This document shows, piece by piece, positions 56,199-64,000 of a stretch of 64,000 nucleotides of DNA. This DNA is from a virus. The position numbers were made by a program, and so were the translations under genes. Where the stretch lies: positions 4,209-68,208 of IMG/VR virus record IMGVR_UViG_3300034064_000912, one strand, 5' to 3'. How positions within the stretch are numbered: position 1 is the first letter of the stretch; each line of letters opens with the position of its first letter. The notes beneath the pieces are model-generated. The model had not been told where the DNA came from. It did no database searches and worked only from the letters and a program-made list of their open reading frames with translations.

Positions 56199-57296
56199 CT
56201 AAAGTGATAAACCTTTAAACGTTTCTTGATTAATATCTTGTATAACACCACCGACAATATAGGAACTAATCTGTGTTTCCTGTGGAGCCACTTGAACTTC
56301 AGAACCTGATATCCATTTAGAAGTCCATGGAAGAGGATTAGAACCTCCCTTATAAGTTGTATTCAATCCAACTGCTGTCATTCTTTTATTAGCAATCCAT
56401 TCAATATAATTGATAAGAAGATTTTCATTTAAACCCACAATTGAACCATCTTTAAATAAGTATTTTGCCCATGTTTTTTCTTGCTCAACAGCTGAATTAA
56501 ACATGGCAATACATTGTTTTTCAGTTTGCTTGGCAATCTTAGCAAAGTCTTTATCATCTTGAGGAAGTACTTTTATAAGCTGTTGAGTTGCTGCAAGATG
56601 CAGATTTTCATCGCGACAGATTAACTTAATAATCTTTGCATTACCTTCCATCTTTTTTACTTCAGCAAAAGCCCATGAACATGCAAATGATACATAAAAA
56701 CGAATACCTTCAAGAATATTCACGGACATAATAGCTAGCCAAAGTGCTTTCTTATGCTCATATTCATTACCAATATATGAACTTGCATCTCCAAATTTAG
56801 TATTATTAAGCGCAATAAGATTATCATAATAATGTGATATATCTTGAGCGCAATCTACAATTTCTTTAATATCCAAAATGCTATTAAATATCGAAGATGG
56901 ATCTGAATACACATTTTGAATAATATATGAATATGATTTAGAATGAATAGTCTCAGAAAATGTCCAAGCTGCTAACCATAGTTCAAGTTCTGGAAGAGAA
57001 CAAATTGGACCAAAAGCTGCAGAAGGTGCTCGCCCTTGAACAGAATCTAATAGAATTTGTCTTTTTAAATTAGAAGTAAAAATATGTTGTTCATGTCGTG
57101 AAAGAGATCTAAAATCTTTAGCATCTCTAATAATATCTACTTCCTGAGGACGCCAGAAAAATCCATACTGTTTTTCAGTAAGTTTATCTAGCCATGCATA
57201 TTTATGCACATCATATCTAGCAATAGCAACTGTATCATCAAAGAATAACTTAGACTTAGTTCTATCGCGTGTTGCAGTTATATTAAATACACTCAT
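56199..57296 (-). CDS. nrdB: ribonucleotide reductase class Ia beta subunit
   Basis: FFWRPQEV, QILLDSVQGR, ETIHSKSY, LEGIRFYVSFAC, RDENLH, VAPQETQISSY. Confidence 0.96.
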   Translation of the reverse strand: MSVFNITATRDRTKSKLFFDDTVAIARYDVHKYAWLDKLTEKQYGFFWRPQEVDIIRDAKDFRSLSRHEQHIFTSNLKRQILLDSVQGRAPSAAFGPICSLPELELWLAAWTFSETIHSKSYSYIIQNVYSDPSSIFNSILDIKEIVDCAQDISHYYDNLIALNNTKFGDASSYIGNEYEHKKALWLAIMSVNILEGIRFYVSFACSWAFAEVKKMEGNAKIIKLICRDENLHLAATQQLIKVLPQDDKDFAKIAKQTEKQCIAMFNSAVEQEKTWAKYLFKDGSIVGLNENLLINYIEWIANKRMTAVGLNTTYKGGSNPLPWTSKWISGSEVQVAPQETQISSYIVGGVIQDINQETFKGLSL

Positions 57297-57537
57297 TTTT
57301 TTCCGACGCCCAATTTACAGTAACCCAATCATCAATACAATGTTCTCTTAAAGCTTTCATAATAGTCTGTTTTGCATTACTAGCATTTGGACTATGATAC
57401 GCTATAATCATTTTATGAAACCAATAATCCCAATATTGCTCAATAATTTGATCTTCAGTTATTTCTTTTATACTATTTACGTCAGATATATTACTGTTAT
57501 CAATATCGATATATTCGTTATAAACATATGTTTTCAT
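57283..57537 (-). CDS. hypothetical protein
   Basis: EDQII.QYWDYW...CIDDWVTVNWA small phage family; between nrdA and nrdB. Confidence 0.65.
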   Translation of the reverse strand: MKTYVYNEYIDIDNSNISDVNSIKEITEDQIIEQYWDYWFHKMIIAYHSPNASNAKQTIMKALREHCIDDWVTVNWASEKNECI

Positions 57538-57559
57538 ATTTTTATCTTTGGTTAAATTT

Positions 57560-59845
57560 CTAAATTACACATGACTCACAGGAATCATCCTCAGAAAATA
57601 CTGCTTCTAACTCAGGTAATTCAATTTCTCCAGCACCATCGAATGTATTAAAATAATAAAGTTGCTTAAGACCATACTTATAGCACATTACAATATGCTG
57701 CATAAGTTCAGACATTGGAATCTGTTCACCAGCATAATGAAGCGGATTATATGAAGTATTAACTGAAATACCCTGATCAACAAACTTCTGAATTACAGCA
57801 CAGATTTTTAGATAACCCTCTGGAGACTTTTGATCCCAAAGCAAATCATACTTATTTTTAAGTCGTCTAATATCAGGCACAACCTGCTTCATCACACCAT
57901 CTTTACTCTGTTTAATAGACACGAGAGATCGTGGTGGTTCAATGCCATTAGTAGAGTTAGAAACTTGTGCAGATGTTTCAGCCGGCATGATAGCCATAAG
58001 TGTAGAATTTCTAATTCCAGAACGAGATGCAGTTTTTCTTAACTTTTCCCAATCCATCTTATACACTGGTGGTACTAATTCATCTACTTCTTTTTTATAT
58101 GTGTCAATTGGAAAAATACCCTGTGAATATTTTGTTTCACTAGTTTTTTCGCATGATCCTTTTTCTTGAGCTAATTCTACTGAGGCTTTAATAAGATAAT
58201 AAGACCATGCTTCGAGATATTCATGGAGTTTAGCCAAGCCCAAGGAATCGATTTCGCTGTAACGTAGATCATTTCGTGCAAGCCAATAAGCGAGATTAAT
58301 AATCCCAATACCGAGAGGACGACGATCCATAGTCGAGATACAGGCCGCTGCCACTGGATATTCTTGATAGTCCAGCAAAGCATCAAGAGCCCGCACAACA
58401 AGAGTACAGGGCCGCTCAAAATCAGATGGTTCACGAATTTTTCCCCAGTTTATAGCAGCAAGTGTGCAAAGTGAAATCTCTCCATTAGTATCAAGAATAT
58501 TATTAATAGGCTTTGTAGGTAAATCAATTTCACAGCAAAGATTGCTTTGATGTATTGGTGCCAAATGCTTAATGAATGAACCATGATCATTTGCATGATC
58601 AACATTCATTAAATAGATACGTCCAGTATCTTTACGCTCTTGTAAGAATTTCGAAAATAATTCAATTGCTGGAATTATCTTCTTACGTAGCTTTGTGTTT
58701 TTTTCAGCACGCTCATATAATTCGCGAAACTTATCTACATCAATAAAAAACGAATCATAAAGTTCTGGAACATCATTAGGAGAAAATAAAGTAATATTAC
58801 CGCCAGTTAATAGACGTTCATACATAACTTTATTGAACTGGACACAATAGTCCATATGTCTAATTCTATTATCTTCAGTGCCTTTATTATTCTTTAATAC
58901 TAGTAGATCTTCTACTTCCAAATGCCATGCAGGATAGTAAAGAGTCGCTGCACCGTTTCGTACGCTGCCTTGTGAGCAAGAACGTACTGCTGACTGGAAT
59001 AGCCTGAAGAATGGAATAACACCAGTATGTGAAGTATCCCCGTTCCTAATAGGAGACCCAATAGCGCGAATCCTACCGGCATTGATTCCAATACCAGCTT
59101 TTTGAGAAACATACTTAGTAATCGCAGAAGTTGTAGCGGTGATTGAATCCAACGAATCATCTGACTCGATAAGAACACACGAACTGAATTGCTTCTGTGG
59201 AGTACGGAGTCCAGCCATAATTGGAGTTGGGAGAGAAATTTGAAAAGTAGATACTGCATCGTAAAAATCCTTTACCCATCCCAGCCTTGTATTAGCTGGA
59301 TAGTCTTTAAATAAAATCATAGCAATAAGCATCATAGACATCTGCGGTGTCTCAAAGATCTTGCCAGTAACTCTATTTTTAACTAGATATTTACCACGAA
59401 ACTGTTCCATACCAGCATATGCAATATTAAAATCACGTTCATGATTAATATATGAACTTAATTCTGCCATATCATCGAGTGTATAGTACTTAAGAATATC
59501 TTTATCATAGTAATCATAAGATACTACTTCTAGAATATGATTACCTAGTTCCCATGGAGTATAATTACCATATACTTCTTTACGAAGATGATAATTAATC
59601 AAACGTCCCGCGACATACTGATATCCAGGGGTTTCCTCTGAAATAAGATCAGCAGCTGCTTTAATAAGAGTTTCTTGAATATCGGAAGTCTTTATTCCAT
59701 TATAGAATTGAATACTAGACTTCATTTCAATTTCAGAAGCTGATACATTGGACAAACCTTCGCATGCCCACATAGTAACTTTATGAAATTTTTCTAGATT
59801 AAGAGGTTCACGCCGTCCATCACGTTTTACTACAGTCAATGTCAT
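57560..59845 (-). CDS. nrdA: ribonucleotide reductase class Ia alpha subunit with ATP cone
   Basis: VVKRDG ATP cone, PTPIM, QFSSCVL, SNLCCEI, MPAETS, LYY, CESC. Confidence 0.97.
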   Translation of the reverse strand: MTLTVVKRDGRREPLNLEKFHKVTMWACEGLSNVSASEIEMKSSIQFYNGIKTSDIQETLIKAAADLISEETPGYQYVAGRLINYHLRKEVYGNYTPWELGNHILEVVSYDYYDKDILKYYTLDDMAELSSYINHERDFNIAYAGMEQFRGKYLVKNRVTGKIFETPQMSMMLIAMILFKDYPANTRLGWVKDFYDAVSTFQISLPTPIMAGLRTPQKQFSSCVLIESDDSLDSITATTSAITKYVSQKAGIGINAGRIRAIGSPIRNGDTSHTGVIPFFRLFQSAVRSCSQGSVRNGAATLYYPAWHLEVEDLLVLKNNKGTEDNRIRHMDYCVQFNKVMYERLLTGGNITLFSPNDVPELYDSFFIDVDKFRELYERAEKNTKLRKKIIPAIELFSKFLQERKDTGRIYLMNVDHANDHGSFIKHLAPIHQSNLCCEIDLPTKPINNILDTNGEISLCTLAAINWGKIREPSDFERPCTLVVRALDALLDYQEYPVAAACISTMDRRPLGIGIINLAYWLARNDLRYSEIDSLGLAKLHEYLEAWSYYLIKASVELAQEKGSCEKTSETKYSQGIFPIDTYKKEVDELVPPVYKMDWEKLRKTASRSGIRNSTLMAIMPAETSAQVSNSTNGIEPPRSLVSIKQSKDGVMKQVVPDIRRLKNKYDLLWDQKSPEGYLKICAVIQKFVDQGISVNTSYNPLHYAGEQIPMSELMQHIVMCYKYGLKQLYYFNTFDGAGEIELPELEAVFSEDDSCESCVI

Positions 59846-59888
59846 TATATTTTTTCCAAAGTAATCTATTATAATAATATTTATTCAA

Positions 59889-60551
59889 TTAATCTCGAAG
59901 GGAATCTTTTATTGAAGTGTAGTGATTAGTCAATTCATACCATGCTGAAGTTGCAACATCACGATGCTCTTTCTGAGTTTCAACACCCATACGCAACTGG
60001 CAATAGTGAATCCATGATCGAACGGATCCAGACATATAGAGTCTTGAAACTGTTAGTCCTTCTGGCAATAATGCACGTGCTTGTTCTTTAGCAATACCAT
60101 TAGCTACAGCCCAACTGTAGTGACGGTTAATACTCTCAATAACTACTTCTTGGCGTTGTACCCATTCATGCTTAAGTTCAGTATCATCAGTAATATCAAT
60201 TGAATTTTGTCGATTTTTCAAATCTTGTAGACGTGCATCTCGTGTAACAAACCCTAGATCATTCGTTGGATCCGCATAACGCTGTGAAAATTCTTGAAAT
60301 GAAAATGAGCGATGACGCAAAATCTGACGCGCAATATCGCGTGTTGTAGTAATCTCCATTACAGCATGCGCCATTTCAAATGGCGACCAATGATTATTTT
60401 TACGCAGATACTTAATAAGCTTTGGTGCGGTCTGAGTATTAGATTGATTAGATGGATTAGAAACACGTGCTACATATGCAATAAAATCATCTCCTGTATT
60501 GACTTCTTTTATTATCGGTTGTGTTACTGCTACTAGCATGGCGTGATTCAT
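59889..60551 (-). CDS. thyX: flavin-dependent thymidylate synthase
   Basis: ARVSNP, HWSPFE, RQILRHRSFSFQEFSQRY, AKEQAR, TQKEHR; start uncertain (60551 or 60572). Confidence 0.95.
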   Translation of the reverse strand: MNHAMLVAVTQPIIKEVNTGDDFIAYVARVSNPSNQSNTQTAPKLIKYLRKNNHWSPFEMAHAVMEITTTRDIARQILRHRSFSFQEFSQRYADPTNDLGFVTRDARLQDLKNRQNSIDITDDTELKHEWVQRQEVVIESINRHYSWAVANGIAKEQARALLPEGLTVSRLYMSGSVRSWIHYCQLRMGVETQKEHRDVATSAWYELTNHYTSIKDSLRD

Positions 60552-60665
60552 GATAACTCCTAATATATTCAATTAATACTTTATTATTATATCTATAAAT
60601 TTGTATAAAACTATTATAGCTAAATTGTTTATTAGCTACATCATCTAATGCGCTATGTTTACCTT

Positions 60666-61739
60666 CTAGTTTTGCATAGAATAATTCTTGTTCTTTGAGA
60701 GGTCGACGCGCTTCCATTTACTCAATTCCATTTCAGCGGCAAGTCCTGAATATATGTTTTGCTCGATAATAAGCTGCACATATTCAGGTTTCATACCCGA
60801 TTTTACCATATCATTGATGTCTTTGTACACTACTGATTCAGGCCATAGACAAACTTTATATCCATCATTAATACACTTTGCAATTTTTTCAACAGTATGT
60901 TTAGACCTGCGTTCATTATCATAAACAATAACAAGTTTATTTTTATCTAAACATTTTGCAGCAGATGATAGATCTCCACCAGCAGTTGCAATTCCATTAT
61001 CTAAAAACATAGAATCAATTGGGCCTTCAGTAACATAGATATTATCATTTTCATTTACTGTATCTAAACCATAAATCTTTGGTACAGTATCATCTAGTAC
61101 TATAGTTATATACTTTGATTTAGAACGTTCATTAAATGATCTACCTTGTAAAGCATGAACTCTATTATTTTTGTCAATAAATGGAATTAGCAATCTAGGC
61201 TCATCATTTAAGAGAACTTTTTCATCAAATTTATTTGGAATAAGTGTATTAATGTATGCAAAAAATGCATCAACAATATATAGTTTATAATGAAACTTAA
61301 ATGGAATACGTCTAGAAACTATATATTTTTTATACGGGTCATCGTGATGCAATTGTGATACTCTCTTTAATCCACGAAGAGCAGTATCTTTTTCAAACAA
61401 TGGTCTATATGGCTGAATAGTCTCTACTACATCTTTAGACTTATTAGTATTTGTAGCATGTTCTTTAAGTCTTTCAATCTTTAATTCTTGATAAAGTTGT
61501 GTATCGACATGCTTAACTAAGCCAATGAAAGACATTGATGCATTACAGTTATGACAATAGAATCTAGATTTACCAGATCGATCAAAGATCCAGCCTCTAG
61601 CTTTAGATGTACTTTTCTTAGAGTCTCCGCATACTGGACATCTAAAATTATAGGATGAACCAGACTTGCGTTTAAAACCGTCTAATTTAGACGATAGCAA
61701 TCCAATGTATTTTGTTTCTAGCCAATCCATATTGATCAT
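60666..61739 (-). CDS. gp61: DNA primase gp61
   Basis: NFRCPVCGDS...CHNC zinc finger, QGRS, EGPIDSMFL, YDNE.R, KDINDM. Confidence 0.94.
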   Translation of the reverse strand: MINMDWLETKYIGLLSSKLDGFKRKSGSSYNFRCPVCGDSKKSTSKARGWIFDRSGKSRFYCHNCNASMSFIGLVKHVDTQLYQELKIERLKEHATNTNKSKDVVETIQPYRPLFEKDTALRGLKRVSQLHHDDPYKKYIVSRRIPFKFHYKLYIVDAFFAYINTLIPNKFDEKVLLNDEPRLLIPFIDKNNRVHALQGRSFNERSKSKYITIVLDDTVPKIYGLDTVNENDNIYVTEGPIDSMFLDNGIATAGGDLSSAAKCLDKNKLVIVYDNERRSKHTVEKIAKCINDGYKVCLWPESVVYKDINDMVKSGMKPEYVQLIIEQNIYSGLAAEMELSKWKRVDLSKNKNYSMQN

Positions 61740-61764
61740 CCATTATTTCATTGACCATATATGG

Positions 61765-61794
61765 ATTATACCATGCTTTGCACATGTTGTAAAC
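61765..61794 (-). promoter_or_regulatory. early-type promoter GTTTAC-N18-TATAAT (extended -10)
   Basis: Matches the T4 early consensus; upstream of the primase. Confidence 0.75.
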
Positions 61795-61796
61795 TA

Positions 61797-62186
61797 CTAT
61801 TTTGTTAAATTATGATAATTGACTATAAAGGAGAATATCCAACTAAGGCCAACACTGGCACCAATTGCCATCCAAATATACTTTTCAAAATTAACCATTC
61901 TGTCTCGTAATTTGCTTGTTTGTTCTGAACTCTTGCTATAATTTTCTTTAATTTCATCCATAATTTTATCAGTTTTGATATCAATAGCTTTATATAAGTC
62001 ACCTGTTACTTCATTAATTTCTATTCTGCGCTTTTCTACATCGCTCATAAGTGTTTCATGAACTTTTTCGTGTTGATTTAATCTTTGTTCGTGCACAGCT
62101 AAAATCTTACTAATATCTGCCTGAATATCCGAAAGCTTTTCTAAATTTCTATGCCAGTTTGAATTAGATGATCTATTAGTTGCCAT
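61797..62186 (-). CDS. coiled-coil protein with C-terminal transmembrane helix
   Basis: LEKLSD...ISKILAVHEQRL; YIWMAIGASVGLSWIFSFIV. Confidence 0.7.
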   Translation of the reverse strand: MATNRSSNSNWHRNLEKLSDIQADISKILAVHEQRLNQHEKVHETLMSDVEKRRIEINEVTGDLYKAIDIKTDKIMDEIKENYSKSSEQTSKLRDRMVNFEKYIWMAIGASVGLSWIFSFIVNYHNLTK

Positions 62187-62469
62187 TGCTATGTTCCATC
62201 ATTTTACGCTTGAACATAGAAGAAAATTTCTTAATTTTACGATTTTTTATTTGCAGCAATGGATCATATGTTTGAATTGGACCAGATGAAGAAGATGATG
62301 CGCCCATAGCATTTACTGGAACGACAGAGTCAGTTTCATTAACCATTTTCCTGTCGCGCTTCCTATCATATGCTTTCTTACTCTTGATCACTCGCTTAGC
62401 AAAGCGATTGTCTTTAAATAATTCCAAAGCCCTGCGAGCTGTTCTGCTTGGTTTCTTATTTTTTGACAT
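62176..62469 (-). CDS. small basic hypothetical protein (ArfA-like N-terminus)
   Basis: ALELFKDNRFAKRVIKSKKAYDRK followed by PVNAMG...YDPLL. Confidence 0.6.
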   Translation of the reverse strand: MSKNKKPSRTARRALELFKDNRFAKRVIKSKKAYDRKRDRKMVNETDSVVPVNAMGASSSSSGPIQTYDPLLQIKNRKIKKFSSMFKRKMMEHSNGN

Positions 62470-62858
62470 TAGATCTTCCTAAGCTTATCTACTATCTTAG
62501 AATCCATAATAATAACATCAAGATTTATTACGGCATCATTGCCTATATTGTATAGTTTATCTGGTAATATATTTAGCAATACTAAAAATGGTATAATTTG
62601 TTCAAAATATTTGCTCAATTTCAAATATAATATTCTGCATGCATGCTCAGCGCCAAATACATTATTAAGTACAATAATATGATTCAATATTAATTGTTCT
62701 TTAAGTTCTCCACCTTCATTATATCTAGTCAATAATTTTTTTATATATTTAAGTCTTTTTAAATCTTGTAAAAATTCATCGGTTGAGCAACATAAAGCTG
62801 TATCATAATATTTTGCTGCATATATTAAAAAGTTATCATCAGTAAGTTTTTCATTCAT
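62469..62858 (-). CDS. conserved hypothetical protein of T4-like phages
   Basis: LT.DNFL.YA.K.Y...EF..DLKR.KYIKKL..RY...GELKE.LILNHIIVL.NVFG. Confidence 0.8.
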   Translation of the reverse strand: MNEKLTDDNFLIYAAKYYDTALCCSTDEFLQDLKRLKYIKKLLTRYNEGGELKEQLILNHIIVLNNVFGAEHACRILYLKLSKYFEQIIPFLVLLNILPDKLYNIGNDAVINLDVIIMDSKIVDKLRKI

Positions 62859-62864
62859 ATTATA

Positions 62865-63113
62865 TTATACTAGTCTAATCCTCACTGATCCTGATGCATC
62901 ATAATAAAGTCCATTAATAGATACACCGGCATTATTGGCACCAGTATCATTTGCATATGGACCTGGTACTATACTAGTTATAAAATTTTGACGAGTAATA
63001 GTACGTGTTGAAGGTGAAGAAGTATTCGCTTGATAAAGAAATACTAATCTATCGGAGCCGCCAATAGTATTGGCTGTAGGCAGCTCCGATGTTCTTTTTG
63101 CATTGTCTGTCAT
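62865..63113 (-). CDS. small putative virion protein
   Basis: K.SELP.A.......D.L N-terminus and GPYAND..A..AGV..NGLYY C-terminus. Confidence 0.6.
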   Translation of the reverse strand: MTDNAKRTSELPTANTIGGSDRLVFLYQANTSSPSTRTITRQNFITSIVPGPYANDTGANNAGVSINGLYYDASGSVRIRLV

Positions 63114-63135
63114 GATAAATTATATTTAAATAATA

Positions 63136-63873
63136 TTAACGACCAGGATAGTAAGTATTATCACTTGTAGCATCAGCAACTGTGGTTGCATCACCAACTA
63201 CACCAGTAGATGAAGTTGTATTTGAACCAAGCGAACCAAATGCTACTAAAGTTTCAGAATGTATGCGCCCGGCTCTACCACCCGCCGTAACAGTAATATT
63301 AGTTACTGTAGAGTTGCCAGCCGCGGTTCCGCCTGTAGCATTAGTAATTACTAGATTTGATACAGGAATAGATGTAACAAGGAATCCAGCTCCAGGATTT
63401 ACAATATTAAATGTAAGACTGCCACCAGTTGCATTAGTAGTAAATGCAATACTTGCATTTCCCCCGGCCTGTGTAGATCTAACTACAAGTAAATCATTAT
63501 TGTTATAGGCACTAGCACCTGTTGCCGTCATAGTTACAGAAACAATTGGACCTGTACCAGCTTTACGATATACCCAACCAGCATGCGCTGGCTGATCGGC
63601 TACCTTATTTGTAGTATTGTTAGCCATTTCGCCGGCAGATACACCAAAAATGCCAGCAGCCATATTAGGCATAAATGCGCCAGGAGTGACATTACTAAAC
63701 ATGTTAACATCAGTTGCAGCACGTGATCCGGCAGAAGTATTGCCATAGTGCGCATTAGCACCGCCACCTAACTTAACCAATGCATATGTACCAATCGGTG
63801 CACCATTAGAGGTTTCTTTTGTCGTAGTGCTGTTTGCTGTAACAGCCTGATCGTTTCTGCCCCATTGTGCCAT
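63136..63873 (-). CDS. putative virion structural/decoration protein
   Basis: MAQWG..D, HAGWV, GGRAGR...ETLVA; late promoter upstream. Confidence 0.65.
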   Translation of the reverse strand: MAQWGRNDQAVTANSTTTKETSNGAPIGTYALVKLGGGANAHYGNTSAGSRAATDVNMFSNVTPGAFMPNMAAGIFGVSAGEMANNTTNKVADQPAHAGWVYRKAGTGPIVSVTMTATGASAYNNNDLLVVRSTQAGGNASIAFTTNATGGSLTFNIVNPGAGFLVTSIPVSNLVITNATGGTAAGNSTVTNITVTAGGRAGRIHSETLVAFGSLGSNTTSSTGVVGDATTVADATSDNTYYPGR

Positions 63874-63906
63874 GTTTTCTATTCTCCTGAATATAATTTC
63901 TTTTGA

Positions 63907-63914
63907 TATTTATA
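63907..63914 (-). promoter_or_regulatory. late promoter TATAAATA
   Basis: Exact consensus followed by an AGGAG SD. Confidence 0.7.
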
Positions 63915-63918
63915 TTTC

Positions 63919-64000
63919 TTAATCACTTACTGTATAATCAGCAGTATCGTGACTTGGGCTTATGCCAGAATAATCTTGATTAGCTCCTCTTAAAGGAGAA
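63919..64000 (-). CDS. 3' end of an upstream gene (partial)
   Basis: Open frame ...SPLRGANQDYSGISPSHDTADYTVSD-stop entering from the window edge. Confidence 0.4.
   Translation of the reverse strand, partial: SPLRGANQDYSGISPSHDTADYTVSD

Noticed and set aside
56199-59845. Introns or inteins in nrdA/nrdB
   Set aside because: Both ORFs are continuous and of normal length
60487-60717. 76-aa ORF between the primase and thyX
   Set aside because: Overlaps both genes substantially with no recognisable motif; cannot be supported
1-64000. Stop-codon reassignment
   Set aside because: Core genes are full length in code 11, and TAA, TAG and TGA all end conserved genes at expected positions

Overview
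AT-rich 64-kb segment of a T4-like (Tevenvirinae-related) myovirus genome, read with the standard bacterial genetic code. Gene content and order resemble the cyanophage/alphaproteobacterial branch of T4-like phages; the host cannot be determined from this window. The left two-thirds is the late neck, fibre, baseplate and tail module: start of gp14, gp13, several fibre proteins, DUF4815/VrlC-like proteins, gp8, gp7, gp6, gp25, a split gp5, a hub protein, gp53, gp48, gp4, gp2, a gp54-like protein, gp26/gp51 and a tape-measure-position protein with muralytic domains. The right third is the replication and nucleotide-metabolism module: gp32, gp59, gp33, rnlA, phoH, rnh, glutaredoxin, nrdAB, thyX, gp61, one tRNA-Gly and two of the three free-standing endonucleases (the third lies between gp13 and gp14). 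The most interesting signal is a candidate phage-encoded virion post-translational modification system in the fibre region. It has three parts: (1) three collagen-like, Pro/Thr-rich mini-proteins bracketed by a 2OG-Fe(II) oxygenase and a GNAT-like protein; (2) a 1120-aa four-domain GT4-GT2-GT2-FkbM enzyme under a T4 late promoter; (3) strong enrichment of N-x-S/T sequons in surface virion proteins. Other highlights are a textbook -1 slippery site fusing gp26 to a start-less gp51, a tRNA-Gly with non-canonical D and T loops, gp5 split by an in-frame TAA-ATG, and a frameshifted duplicate collagen gene. All product calls come from motif recognition by eye, not database searches.
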